Notes under the pieces: generated by a model | The model's input: the letters and a program-made list of their open reading frames with translations, nothing else | Told to the model about the DNA's origin: nothing | Databases searched by the model: none | Part shown: positions 7,082 to 16,286 of the stretch, piece after piece | Layout of the letters: the number at the start of each line of letters is the position of its first letter | Position numbering within the stretch: the stretch's first letter is position 1 | Assembly (NCBI GenBank): GCA_964613925.1 | Contig: CAZTKH010000001.1 | Span: 1-33,879, forward strand | Length of the DNA stretch: 33,879 nt | Reading direction: 5' to 3' | DNA from: an uncultured Candidatus Saccharimonas sp. | GTDB taxonomy: Bacteria > Patescibacteriota > Saccharimonadia > Saccharimonadales > Saccharimonadaceae | Made by a program: the position numbers and the translations under genes

Positions 7082-8168
7082 TTTTTACCTCCGCTTTTAT
7101 TAATTTATTTACTGTCTCAATTTCGATAACACTACCAACAGACTGATTTCCTCTTAAAATAGCATAACCCCTTGATAATACAACGCTCGGATTTAATTGA
7201 GATAATACATTTTTTACCGAACTGATTTCTCGATATTTGTCATCAATAGACTTTTCAACACCAAGCAAAATTGTACTAATCGTTTCTCTTAGAAGCTGCT
7301 TTTTTTGATCGATTATTTGAATCATTTTTGGCGCCAAAGACCTCGATTGATAACGTATTAAACGGATAATTTCTTGCCTATCTGGAACTAAAATTTGCGC
7401 CGCATTACTTGGGGTTGCAGCCCGCACGTCGGCTGCTAAATCTGCCAAAGTTATATCTATCTCATGACCAACACCAACTATGGTTGGAATTCGGCTACTT
7501 GCAATTGCACGCACCAAAGGCTCGTCATTAAAGGTCGCTAGATCATCAGCGCTACCACCACCCCTTATTATTGCAATAACCTCTGGCAATGCTTCTTGTT
7601 GGTTAAAATAATTTATAGCACGAATAATTTGATCAGGCGCTCCATCACCTTGTACTTGAACATGCGCAACCTTAATATCGATACCACCCCATCGATCATT
7701 TAAAATTTTAATAAAATCTGCATATCCAGCCGCTTGAGTACTGCTGATTACCGCGATACTTTGCGGAATTTTTGGTAAGGGGCGCTTTCTATCTAGCGCA
7801 AATAATCCTTCGTCTTCTAATTTTGCCTTCAAAACCTCAAAACTCTTTTTTATTGCCCCCTCGCCTTTTGGACGAATCGATTTTACCGTAAGACTAAATT
7901 TTCCCCACTGAGTTAATTTTGGAACTGCCGAAACAATCACTTTCATACCGTCTTCAATTGGAACTCTCAGTTGCCAAACCGTCATAAAACAATTAATGCT
8001 ACCGGAAGTATCCTTGATATCAAAGAATATGTACTTTCCTTGATTAACCTTGAATGAGGCTACTTCACCTTCAATTTGCACACTCGAATAGGCATATTCA
8101 AAAGTCTGATTAACAACTTCAATAAAGTCGCTAACACTAAAAATCGGCTGGTTTAGTTGGTTTTCCAT
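7065..8168 (-). CDS. xseA: Exodeoxyribonuclease VII large subunit
   Basis: N-terminal OB fold (VQIEGEVASFKVNQGKYIFFDIKD) and the catalytic block IRGGGSADDLATFNDEPLVRAIASSRIPTIVGVGHEIDITLADLAADVRAATPSNAAQ are present. Confidence 0.92.
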   Translation of the reverse strand: MENQLNQPIFSVSDFIEVVNQTFEYAYSSVQIEGEVASFKVNQGKYIFFDIKDTSGSINCFMTVWQLRVPIEDGMKVIVSAVPKLTQWGKFSLTVKSIRPKGEGAIKKSFEVLKAKLEDEGLFALDRKRPLPKIPQSIAVISSTQAAGYADFIKILNDRWGGIDIKVAHVQVQGDGAPDQIIRAINYFNQQEALPEVIAIIRGGGSADDLATFNDEPLVRAIASSRIPTIVGVGHEIDITLADLAADVRAATPSNAAQILVPDRQEIIRLIRYQSRSLAPKMIQIIDQKKQLLRETISTILLGVEKSIDDKYREISSVKNVLSQLNPSVVLSRGYAILRGNQSVGSVIEIETVNKLIKAEVKNVVKK

Positions 8169-9201
8169 ATTTGTTAATTGTTAATTGATAAAAAACATAG
8201 CCGACAACGGTCGTAATAATAAACAGAGCCGACCTTGCCAATAAAGTACCAGCAATCGCAACATCCGCCTGAACATTTGACGAAGTTATCAAAAATCCAA
8301 CCATTAAGGTCTCAAATGCTCCAATACCACTAGGGGTAACGGCAAAGATACTTGCAATCAAAGCAAGTCCAAAGGAAACAAAAAATAACGCTGGGTTTAC
8401 ATAGCAACCTAACGACAAAAAGACTACATATATCAATCCCGAATCCAAAATATTTGAAGCCGTCGCACATAAAAATGGTCCAATTAAAATCTTTTTATCT
8501 TTTACAATACTTAGATAATCTTGGTGAACATCGCCAAAAAATTTATCAACTGCTTCTGGCTCAAGAATTTGTGTTTTTTTGCCACGCGTCACAAACGACA
8601 CGAGCCTATTTACAATCTTCGTTAGCCATCCAGACATTTTTATCATACGGATGTGATTACTTAACATATAGATACCAAAAACAATCACAGCAATAGTTAT
8701 AAAGATAATAATAAATGCAATTGTAGCCAATATTTTATTAATGGCATGATCAAAAAATAACGCAATAACAGAAATAGAAAGCACAACGACGAAGCTTACA
8801 AAAATCAAAACATAGCGAACAATTTGCGACGTCATTGCGCGACTTGGAGTTATTCCAAAACGATTCAGCATCCAACTGGTATAAGAAAACCCAGCCGCTC
8901 CCGGTATTGGAATTATGTTGTCTACAAAATTTGATTCAACAGAAATTCGCAAAACTTTGTGCCAGGTAATTGTTTTTAAATCACCTTTTGAGGCAAGATA
9001 AGAAGCTGTAATACCAGCAGTTGTAAAATAACTAAGTATTTGAACTGGAATAATTAATAAAAATATTCCAACATTTACTTGTCCAATAATCAGCCAAGCT
9101 TTGGAAATTTGATCCCAACCAACAATAACAACAATCGCTAACAATAAAAATGTAATTAATGTTAATTTTTTTCGCAAAGACCATTGTTTTATATTTGACA
9201 T
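8137..9201 (-). CDS. UPF0104 / lysylphosphatidylglycerol-synthase-TM-like (flippase-like) membrane protein
   Basis: Polytopic membrane protein with C-terminal VTPSGIGAFETLMVGFL (the P-x-G-x-G-x-x-E motif of the family). I prefer the ATG at 9201 (MSNIKQW...) over the track start at 9294. The longer form would overlap the divergent gene, and a perfect extended -10 box sits just upstream of 9201. Confidence 0.6.
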   Translation of the reverse strand: MSNIKQWSLRKKLTLITFLLLAIVVIVGWDQISKAWLIIGQVNVGIFLLIIPVQILSYFTTAGITASYLASKGDLKTITWHKVLRISVESNFVDNIIPIPGAAGFSYTSWMLNRFGITPSRAMTSQIVRYVLIFVSFVVVLSISVIALFFDHAINKILATIAFIIIFITIAVIVFGIYMLSNHIRMIKMSGWLTKIVNRLVSFVTRGKKTQILEPEAVDKFFGDVHQDYLSIVKDKKILIGPFLCATASNILDSGLIYVVFLSLGCYVNPALFFVSFGLALIASIFAVTPSGIGAFETLMVGFLITSSNVQADVAIAGTLLARSALFIITTVVGYVFYQLTINKYGKPTKPADF

Positions 9202-9211
9202 GTTAAATATA

Positions 9212-9220
9212 ATTATAGCA
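9212..9220 (-). promoter_or_regulatory. Perfect extended -10 (TGcTATAAT) 10 nt upstream of the ATG at 9201
   Basis: The minus strand reads TGCTATAATtatatttaacATG. There is no SD. Confidence 0.4.
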
Positions 9221-9241
9221 TTCAAAAACGACATAACAACG

Positions 9242-9247
9242 TATAAT
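9242..9247 (+). promoter_or_regulatory. TATAAT box 6 nt upstream of the ATG at 9254; candidate leaderless promoter
   Basis: The plus strand reads cgTATAATagtattATG. There is no SD. Confidence 0.35.
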
Positions 9248-9253
9248 AGTATT

Positions 9254-10420
9254 ATGTATATAACTATTTTAGGCCGACAACCCGAGTTAGGCATCGCTGA
9301 ACTTGAACGAATCTATGGCGGTAAAGCCATTACAATATCTTCTCCACAAACCGCGACCGTTGAGACAAATAATTTTGATATCCAAAAATTTGGAGGCGTA
9401 CCAAAAGCTGGCAAAGTTATCGAAGAAATTACCGCTTCAAACTGGCGACAAGCAAGCCAAAAAATTGTTCAACTTTTTTATGATAAATGGGCCTCATTTG
9501 AGGGGAAAATTACTGTTGGTATTAGCGTTTACGATCTTGATATTAACGCCCGAGAAATTCAACAAATTGGCATCATTTTAAAACAAAAGCTCAAAAAAGC
9601 CGGCGTTAGCATGCGCTTAATTCCTAACACCGAGCCATCCTTGAACACCGCCGTAAGCCATCACAATAAACTCGGTTTATCACCAAATAAAGTAGAAATT
9701 TTAATTGTCGGCGGCAATGGTAAAATTATTATTGCCGAAAGTACTGGCGCTCAAAATATTACAGCCTATGCTAATCGCGATCAAAAACGCCCACGTCGTG
9801 ACGCTTTTGTTGGCATGTTACCACCAAAACTAGCTCAAATTATGATAAATTTAACCGGTATTCATGATGCGCAAAGCAAAACCTTGCTCGACCCATTTTG
9901 CGGCACCGGCACAATCTTGCAAGAAGCACTTTTAATGGGATATACGGCCTATGGTACCGACTTATCCGAAAAAATGGTTAGCTATACTCACGATAACTTA
10001 AATTGGCTCGGTGAAGAGTATCACAAATCTTTTAATGTTAAAATTAGCGCCCAGGATGCAATAACCGCAAAATGGTCAAGCCCCATTGACGCAATTGCTA
10101 GCGAAACATACCTCGGACAACCTTTTAGCGCTCCTCCATCGCCAGCAAAATTAGAAGAAGTTGTCAAAAATTGTAATCACATTATTACCGAATTTTTGAA
10201 AAATCTATATCCTCAAATTCAACCAAACACACCGGTATGCATAGCCGTACCAGCTTGGCGCGATTCTAAGGGTGATTTTACTCACCTACCGCTCATCGAC
10301 ACTATCGCTCAATTAGGCTACAAGCCATATGAATTCCATCACGTATCCAAAAATGACATGTTATATTACCGCGAAAATCAAGTCGTCGCCCGAGAATTGT
10401 TAGTATTAACTAGGATCTAA
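9254..10420 (+). CDS. Class I SAM-dependent methyltransferase, Trm11/UPF0020-like; substrate unknown
   Basis: Motif I is LLDPFCGTGTILQEALLMGYTAYGTDLS. The upstream PRRDAFVGMLPPKLAQIM resembles the pre-motif region of UPF0020 RNA methylases. I prefer the start at 9254 (MYITILGRQPELG). Motif IV is non-canonical; see findings. Confidence 0.55.
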   Translation: MYITILGRQPELGIAELERIYGGKAITISSPQTATVETNNFDIQKFGGVPKAGKVIEEITASNWRQASQKIVQLFYDKWASFEGKITVGISVYDLDINAREIQQIGIILKQKLKKAGVSMRLIPNTEPSLNTAVSHHNKLGLSPNKVEILIVGGNGKIIIAESTGAQNITAYANRDQKRPRRDAFVGMLPPKLAQIMINLTGIHDAQSKTLLDPFCGTGTILQEALLMGYTAYGTDLSEKMVSYTHDNLNWLGEEYHKSFNVKISAQDAITAKWSSPIDAIASETYLGQPFSAPPSPAKLEEVVKNCNHIITEFLKNLYPQIQPNTPVCIAVPAWRDSKGDFTHLPLIDTIAQLGYKPYEFHHVSKNDMLYYRENQVVARELLVLTRI

Positions 10421-10484
10421 TCCTATTCTTTATTTAACTTTGAGATAAGAAGACGGTTCAATTTAAAAAAATTTGGCAACACTC

Positions 10485-10513
10485 TTGACTCTAACCCCTA
10501 TATTTGATAGAAT
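10485..10513 (+). promoter_or_regulatory. Sigma70-type promoter of rpmA (TTGACT-17 nt-TAGAAT with TG at the extended -10 position)
   Basis: TTGACT lies at 10485-10490 and TAGAAT at 10508-10513, with a 17-nt spacer. TGa immediately precedes the -10. AAGGAG SD lies at 10541-10546, 9 nt before the ATG at 10556. Confidence 0.6.
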
Positions 10514-10555
10514 TAGTTAGATTTTCATATTAAAGACTTTAAGGAGCAAAATTAA

Positions 10556-10828
10556 ATGTCACACGTTAAAGCAGGCGGTACCGCCAAAAATATCCACAAC
10601 AACGCCGGCCAACGACTAGGTGTTAAACGTTTCGGTGGACAATCTGTTCGCGCTGGTGAAGTTCTCGTCCGTCAAACTGGTTCAACCAAGCTAGCTGGTC
10701 CAGGCACATTTATGAGCCGCGATTTTACTATTCACGCTGCAAATGATGGCGTAGTTGGTTTCAGCCAAGTTCGAAAAAGTCGTTTTACTGGTAAAACTAC
10801 TCCACGAACTCAGGTTTCAGTACAATAA
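10556..10828 (+). CDS. rpmA: 50S ribosomal protein bL27
   Basis: MSHVKAGGTAKNIHNNAGQRLGVKRFGGQSVRAGEVLVRQTGSTKLAGPG. The protein is 90 aa. Confidence 0.95.
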   Translation: MSHVKAGGTAKNIHNNAGQRLGVKRFGGQSVRAGEVLVRQTGSTKLAGPGTFMSRDFTIHAANDGVVGFSQVRKSRFTGKTTPRTQVSVQ

Positions 10829-10848
10829 TTGTATATATTTAACTTATT

Positions 10849-10882
10849 AAAAAAACTACCCCATATAAAGGGTAGTTTTTTT
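10849..10882. terminator. Bidirectional rho-independent terminator between convergent rpmA and the receiver gene
   Basis: An A7 run (10849-10855) is followed by ctaccc (10856-10861), an 8-nt loop, gggtag (10870-10875) and a T7 run (10876-10882). Confidence 0.75.
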
Positions 10883-10901
10883 AATAAAACAAATAACTCA
10901 T

Positions 10902-11297
10902 TTATTCCGATTTTGTTGGCAACATACCAAGATGGTATTTAACTCGCTCAACCACATCACCAATTACAACTTGTGATTTAACAAGATAATCATCAACGCC
11001 AAGTGATTCAGCGCGCTCTTTATCTTTTGGCTGGCTCAAAGCAGTCAACATAATAATTCGAATATTTGCCGTTTGCGGCGTATTACGCAAAATATCCAAA
11101 ACATCAAAACCACTAATTTTTGGCATCATGGCGTCTAATAAAATAAGATCAGGTTTAAACTTTACAGCCACAGACAAAGCATCCTCGCCGTTATTAACCT
11201 CGGAAATATCAAAACCTTCCATCTCAAGGCGTGATTTATACACTCCAGATAATGCTACGTCGTCTTCAACCAATAAGATTTTCTTTTTTGTATCCAT
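10902..11297 (-). CDS. Single-domain response regulator (CheY/DivK-like receiver)
   Basis: LLVEDD, DLILLDAMMP, IMLTAL and YLVKS are present. The protein is 131 aa with no output domain. Confidence 0.9.
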   Translation of the reverse strand: MDTKKKILLVEDDVALSGVYKSRLEMEGFDISEVNNGEDALSVAVKFKPDLILLDAMMPKISGFDVLDILRNTPQTANIRIIMLTALSQPKDKERAESLGVDDYLVKSQVVIGDVVERVKYHLGMLPTKSE

Positions 11298-11342
11298 ACT
11301 TACCTATATATTACTACAATTTTACGTTTTAACACAAGCAAT

Positions 11343-12599
11343 TTACAAATCCAACATTTTTTTAGCTTTTTCAAGTTGAGGATCGAGGTCATTATTTACA
11401 TCCTGCTGGGTCATCTCGACAGCGACATCTGGCACAACACCGTCTTTGGTGATATTTCGACCATTTGGCGTATACCAACGCGCTACAGTAACCTTTAATT
11501 GAGTGCCGGCATCAAGCTTAATCAGTTGCTGGACGCTACCTTTGCCAAATGATTTTTCGCCAACAATCTGCGCTAACTTATAATCCTGCAAGGCACCTGA
11601 TACAATCTCACTCGCACTGGCACTATTACCGTTCACTAACACAATAGTTTTTATATTTTTTAGAATCGCCTCACCATTTGACTGCAAAGTTTCAGTAATT
11701 ATATCATTTTTTCTCTCTGTTACAATCGTCTTATTGTCTACCCACAAGCTAGCAACATCAACCGCCGCATCAACATAACCACCTGGGTTGTCTCTTAAAT
11801 CCAAAATTACAGATTTTACACCTTCTTTAATAAAGCCCCTTGCCGCAACTTCTGCCAATTTACCCGTCTCGTTATCGAAACGAATGATTGTCATTATTCC
11901 AACGCCATTTTTTACCTCACTAGTAACACTCGGATTATTGATAATCTCGCGCGTAACTACAAAATCTTTCACATCAGCAAGCCGACGAACTTTAAGTTTT
12001 ACGGTCGTACCTGCTTCACCGCGAATCTTTGAAACAGCTAAATCCACCGCCATACCGACAGTTGATTCGTCATTTATTTCCAAAATAGCATCGCCAGCCA
12101 TCAAGCCAGCCTTAATCGCCGGATTATTAGCCAAAACACTCATAACCGTAACTTGCTCGTTTTTTAATCCAACAATTACACCAATACCGCCGCCAATATT
12201 GCCCTCAAGACCATTATTATATTCAGTGGCCTCTTCGGCGTCCATAAACATCGTATAATCATCACCAGCAGCCTCAACGAGCCCTCGACTAGCCCCATCA
12301 ATCAGTGCTTGAGTGTCTAATTTTCCGTCATATTTTTCAGCAAGCACACTATAAGTTTTTTCAACTGAACTCAAATCAATATTTGCAGTATAAGGCGATT
12401 GATAGCCAAAAATCCGACCAACAAATGAACCAATTTGCTGATTATAAACCCCAGCTACATAACCAACCCCAATCGCCACTGCGATGATTATAAAATCCAA
12501 TGCAGGATTTTTGCGGCGTATAATAGACGAATCCTTTGGTTCAATATTATTAAAATGAACATTTTTTTGTTCATCCTGTTTGTTTGCCTTAATCATCAA
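11343..12599 (-). CDS. S41 family carboxy-terminal processing protease, membrane anchored, with a PDZ domain
   Basis: An N-terminal TM segment (FIIIAVAIGVGYVAGV) is present. A PDZ region is present (GIGVIVG...AGLMAGDAILEIN). The catalytic block is NGNSASASEIVSGALQD...FGKGSVQ. Confidence 0.92.
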   Translation of the reverse strand: MMIKANKQDEQKNVHFNNIEPKDSSIIRRKNPALDFIIIAVAIGVGYVAGVYNQQIGSFVGRIFGYQSPYTANIDLSSVEKTYSVLAEKYDGKLDTQALIDGASRGLVEAAGDDYTMFMDAEEATEYNNGLEGNIGGGIGVIVGLKNEQVTVMSVLANNPAIKAGLMAGDAILEINDESTVGMAVDLAVSKIRGEAGTTVKLKVRRLADVKDFVVTREIINNPSVTSEVKNGVGIMTIIRFDNETGKLAEVAARGFIKEGVKSVILDLRDNPGGYVDAAVDVASLWVDNKTIVTERKNDIITETLQSNGEAILKNIKTIVLVNGNSASASEIVSGALQDYKLAQIVGEKSFGKGSVQQLIKLDAGTQLKVTVARWYTPNGRNITKDGVVPDVAVEMTQQDVNNDLDPQLEKAKKMLDL

Positions 12600-12685
12600 A
12601 AACTCCCCTTAAAAACCAGATTTTTGTACTTATACTAGTATAGCGCAGAAAACTTAGAATATACTACAAAATTTATGTTAAAAAT

Positions 12686-13879
12686 TTAAAAATATATAAA
12701 CTCGTTGTAATCAGACGCATTCACTATTTTTTTACTATAATTTCCCCAACCAGGACCACTATTATCGCCAGTGTTATCATAATAAGAATTATATTGACTA
12801 ATCGTAATTTTCCCCTCAGAATCGGGATTTGTCTCAACCCAAACAACGTGACCATATGGCCCACTCGTCATAACACCTACCGAATTGGCTCTTGCAGAAT
12901 AGCCAGTTGATATTCCATTATTACGAGCGCTGGATGGCCAATTTTTTGCGTTGCCCCAATAAGTATAACCCCTGCCAGTCTTTTCGAGTATCTTCCAAGC
13001 TGCATAGCTAGTACATTGGCGACAAGCATATTGCAGTAGGTCGGTACCGTCTCCATTAACTCCACCGTAAGACATCATATCGTAATCAACATAACACCCA
13101 TTTCCGCCCCATGGATAATTTCCTTTAGTTGGATCACTAATACCTTCGCCCACTGTTCTAGCGAGGTTTTTATATTCTTCTGCCAAAGATTGCTTCCTTG
13201 ATTCACCGTCAGATATTAACTGTTGATAAGCCGCTTCTTTTCCTTGGGTTTCATTTAATAATTTTTGTTGTTCATTTTCTTTTTCAACAAGCATCTGACG
13301 AGCATTTTTTTGGTCACCTAATACTTTTTCGACTTCAGATTTTTGAGAAACCAACGTTTCTTTTAGTTTTTTAATCTCATCGATAGTTGAAGACAGTTGA
13401 TTACTAATTGAAGTTTGATATTCTTGCTTATCTAAATAATCACCAATGTTTTTACTACTTGCAAGCATCTCAAGAGGCGTAATTTTGCCATCAACATACA
13501 TGTCGGCAATAGTTCTACCTAGTGTATCCTTATTATTTTGAATCTTCTTTTCAGTTTCATTAATTTGTAAAACCAGTTGGTCATATTTTGCTTGACTAAT
13601 ATTAATCTGAGCTTGAATCAAAGCCTTGTCATTTACTAATATGGCAATTGCCGACTGCAATGTATTTGATTCTTTACTTAATCTTGAAGATTCCTCTAAA
13701 TAACTAGATATATCTTGATTAATTGATTCTATCTGACGCAATATTTCCGAAGCTCTATCGGCAAAAACCGGCCTATTTAATATCTGTATAGGTACTATCA
13801 TGCTAATTATTAAAATTATCACAAACAATAACTTCATTGGCAATCTAGCTATCTTTTTGCTATTAAAAATTATTTTCAT
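12686..13879 (-). CDS. PcsB-like peptidoglycan hydrolase: signal/anchor, long coiled coil and C-terminal CHAP domain
   Basis: About 200 aa of heptad-rich Q/E/K/L sequence is followed by CRQCTSYAAWK...GHVVWVE...ISQYN (the Cys-His-polar CHAP triad pattern). The start overlaps the ftsX stop (13876-13879). Confidence 0.85.
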   Translation of the reverse strand: MKIIFNSKKIARLPMKLLFVIILIISMIVPIQILNRPVFADRASEILRQIESINQDISSYLEESSRLSKESNTLQSAIAILVNDKALIQAQINISQAKYDQLVLQINETEKKIQNNKDTLGRTIADMYVDGKITPLEMLASSKNIGDYLDKQEYQTSISNQLSSTIDEIKKLKETLVSQKSEVEKVLGDQKNARQMLVEKENEQQKLLNETQGKEAAYQQLISDGESRKQSLAEEYKNLARTVGEGISDPTKGNYPWGGNGCYVDYDMMSYGGVNGDGTDLLQYACRQCTSYAAWKILEKTGRGYTYWGNAKNWPSSARNNGISTGYSARANSVGVMTSGPYGHVVWVETNPDSEGKITISQYNSYYDNTGDNSGPGWGNYSKKIVNASDYNEFIYF

Positions 13880-14859
13880 AATTTTAAATATTTCCTAGTT
13901 GCTAACGTAGAAGAAATAATTCCAATAATTGCGCCGATAGCCATCATAGCCAAAACTACAAAAACTAAGTACTGCGAGAACAAGCTAACTGTTGATTGAA
14001 CCGAAAGCTCATAAGTCGCCAAAACTCCAGTCGCGCTATATAAACCCCATAGACCTAAACCACTTGCAATAATTGAAGCAATAAATCCATAAATAACCGA
14101 CTCAATAATAAACGGACCCCTTACAAAATTTTTATCAGCGCCAATTAAATTCATCATTTGAATCTCTTCACGGCGATTAAATATTGCCATGCTAATCGTA
14201 TTAAAGATAATAAGCGACGAAATAACCACAAAAACTAAACCAATACCAATACCGACTTGTTGAATAAACCCAACCGCACGACCAATCGATTTAATCGTAT
14301 CTCGCCTCTCGCCCGCAAAAGATGGCGCGTAATCTTTATTCAGGGCTTCCTTTACTTGCGCATCATTTTGCACAAAACCTTCTAATTCGGCCGTATCATT
14401 TATATCCTTAACAACTACACGAATTGTTGCTGGATACATATTTGTTGCCTCTTTGATTGCTTCTAAAAATGCTGGGTCATCCTTGTGTTCTTGAGCAGTT
14501 TGTTCACGAGCGGCTTCGGCACTAATATACGAAACTGATCGCACTGACGCCAACCCTTCAATTTTTTTCTTTATATCATCACCTACTTTGTCTTTGGTAT
14601 CCGTTTTTAAATATATAGACATATCAACTTTATTACCCAAATCGCTAATCGTATCATTCAAAATAAATTTCGATGACACTACAACAAAAATAATTATCAG
14701 AGTAATCGTCATCACCGCCGTCGCCGCAATTGACAACCAAGCATTACGCAAAAAATTATCAAAACCATATCTTACAACTCTAAAAAAAGTTAATAGACGG
14801 CGCTTTTTTAATTTATGCTTTGCAAAGGATTTCGAATCTATCTTTTTTTTCAACATCAT
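13876..14859 (-). CDS. ftsX: Cell division ABC transporter permease FtsX
   Basis: Four-TM FtsX topology with an extracellular loop after TM1. LIGADKNFVRGPFIIESVIYGFIASII is present. The start overlaps the ftsE stop. Confidence 0.9.
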   Translation of the reverse strand: MMLKKKIDSKSFAKHKLKKRRLLTFFRVVRYGFDNFLRNAWLSIAATAVMTITLIIIFVVVSSKFILNDTISDLGNKVDMSIYLKTDTKDKVGDDIKKKIEGLASVRSVSYISAEAAREQTAQEHKDDPAFLEAIKEATNMYPATIRVVVKDINDTAELEGFVQNDAQVKEALNKDYAPSFAGERRDTIKSIGRAVGFIQQVGIGIGLVFVVISSLIIFNTISMAIFNRREEIQMMNLIGADKNFVRGPFIIESVIYGFIASIIASGLGLWGLYSATGVLATYELSVQSTVSLFSQYLVFVVLAMMAIGAIIGIISSTLATRKYLKL

Positions 14860-15539
14860 TGTCGATAACTCCCCTCAGCCTGATCACCAGATACCTGCCC
14901 ATGATCCAACGTAATTACTCTTCGTTTCAATTTATTTACAATATCCACATTATGAGTAGTCAGCAAAACAGTTGTACCGTATTTGTTAATTTTTTCAAGC
15001 AATCGAATAATATCCCAACTGTGTTTTGGATCAAGATTACCAGTTGGCTCGTCGGCAATTAAAATTTTAGGCTGCCTGACAACCGCTCTAGCAATCGCCA
15101 CACGTTGTCTTTCACCGCCAGATAACTGATGAGGAAATTGTTTTTCCTTGCCATTTAGTCCGACTAATTCAATAACTTTTGGCACAGTGCTTTTAATTTC
15201 ATGTTTAGTCATACCGGCAATTTCTAGTGCAAAAGCGATATTCTCAAAAACAGTTCGTTGTGGCAAAAGCTTAAAATCTTGAAAAACTACGCCAATTTTT
15301 CGGCGCAACATCGGAATTTGACTGTCCTTGAGGGTGTCATAGTCAATACCCCCAACGACAATCTTGCCACTATTTGGTTTTTCTTCACGGGTCAGCAGTT
15401 TTAGCAAAGTTGATTTTCCAGCGCCACTCGTACCAATTAAAACCACAAATTCCCGTGGTTCAATGAACAAACTAACTCTATCGAGAGCTGGACTTAGATC
15501 TTTTCCGTATGTTTTTGTTACCCTATCTAATAGAATCAT
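14856..15539 (-). CDS. ftsE: Cell division ATP-binding protein FtsE
   Basis: Walker A GTSGAGKSTLLKLL, signature LSGGERQRVAIARA and Walker B ILIADEPTGNLD are present. The protein is 227 aa. Confidence 0.93.
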   Translation of the reverse strand: MILLDRVTKTYGKDLSPALDRVSLFIEPREFVVLIGTSGAGKSTLLKLLTREEKPNSGKIVVGGIDYDTLKDSQIPMLRRKIGVVFQDFKLLPQRTVFENIAFALEIAGMTKHEIKSTVPKVIELVGLNGKEKQFPHQLSGGERQRVAIARAVVRQPKILIADEPTGNLDPKHSWDIIRLLEKINKYGTTVLLTTHNVDIVNKLKRRVITLDHGQVSGDQAEGSYRQ

Positions 15540-15602
15540 TCTCGGTACAATTATAGCATAAGTACTTCGCTCAATAAATTGTACTTTTTACAAGAAAGAT
15601 TA

Positions 15603-16223
15603 CTAGCCTAACTCTGGCATAACATCGCTAGAAACTTGAACGTCTTTATCATTGGTCTGAACCAAATCCGCGTCAACAACACGTGCATCAATTTTATTAA
15701 TAAATACACATTTATTGCCATCAACTTCGGATAATTCAATATCATTCGCATCGACATAATCCTGAACATATTCTGGCAAATCATTTAGTTTCACTACGAA
15801 ATAATTATCGCCGTATTTACTATATGACCCCAACTCTCTTGCATCTGGCAATGGTACATCTTTTTGATTTAACAAAATAGTTGAAGGCTTTTCGATATTC
15901 GCAGATACCGGCGAAGTTCGAATACTACCGTCTTCAAATAACACTAACATTTTGTCATCCTCTAAAGTTGAAAAGTTAATTTCAGCATTTTCATCTAACA
16001 ATTCCGTCATTGGCAAATGATTACCATTTGGAACAAAAAGCTTATCTTTTTGAGCAGTGTCATAGTCTGATAAACTCTTAACTCCAAAAATAGCGCCAGC
16101 AACCAACAAACCACCTAAAGCAATACCCGCAAGATTACGAGCTGTTTTTTTGCTTTTTTCTTGCTTTTCGTTTTTTGAATTATAAAATTCTATTGATGGT
16201 CGTTTGTTTTGATTGTGTTGCAT
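15603..16223 (-). CDS. Hypothetical single-pass membrane-anchored protein with an acidic extracytoplasmic domain
   Basis: A basic N-terminus is followed by one TM segment (LAGIALGGLLVAGAIFGV) and a D/E-rich domain of about 150 aa. I recognise no family. Confidence 0.6.
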   Translation of the reverse strand: MQHNQNKRPSIEFYNSKNEKQEKSKKTARNLAGIALGGLLVAGAIFGVKSLSDYDTAQKDKLFVPNGNHLPMTELLDENAEINFSTLEDDKMLVLFEDGSIRTSPVSANIEKPSTILLNQKDVPLPDARELGSYSKYGDNYFVVKLNDLPEYVQDYVDANDIELSEVDGNKCVFINKIDARVVDADLVQTNDKDVQVSSDVMPELG

Positions 16224-16286
16224 ATTTATTTTTATTCCTTATAGCCAATATCATATCACTAATGGTTAAAAAAGTCAATATGTCGA

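Noticed and set aside
9202-9294. Long N-terminal extensions proposed by the track: 8137-9294, 9200-10420, 23272-23667 and 30504-30974.
   Set aside because: The extensions make the divergent genes overlap each other or use TTG or unsupported ATG starts. Internal ATGs have SDs or -10 boxes and begin at the conserved N-termini.
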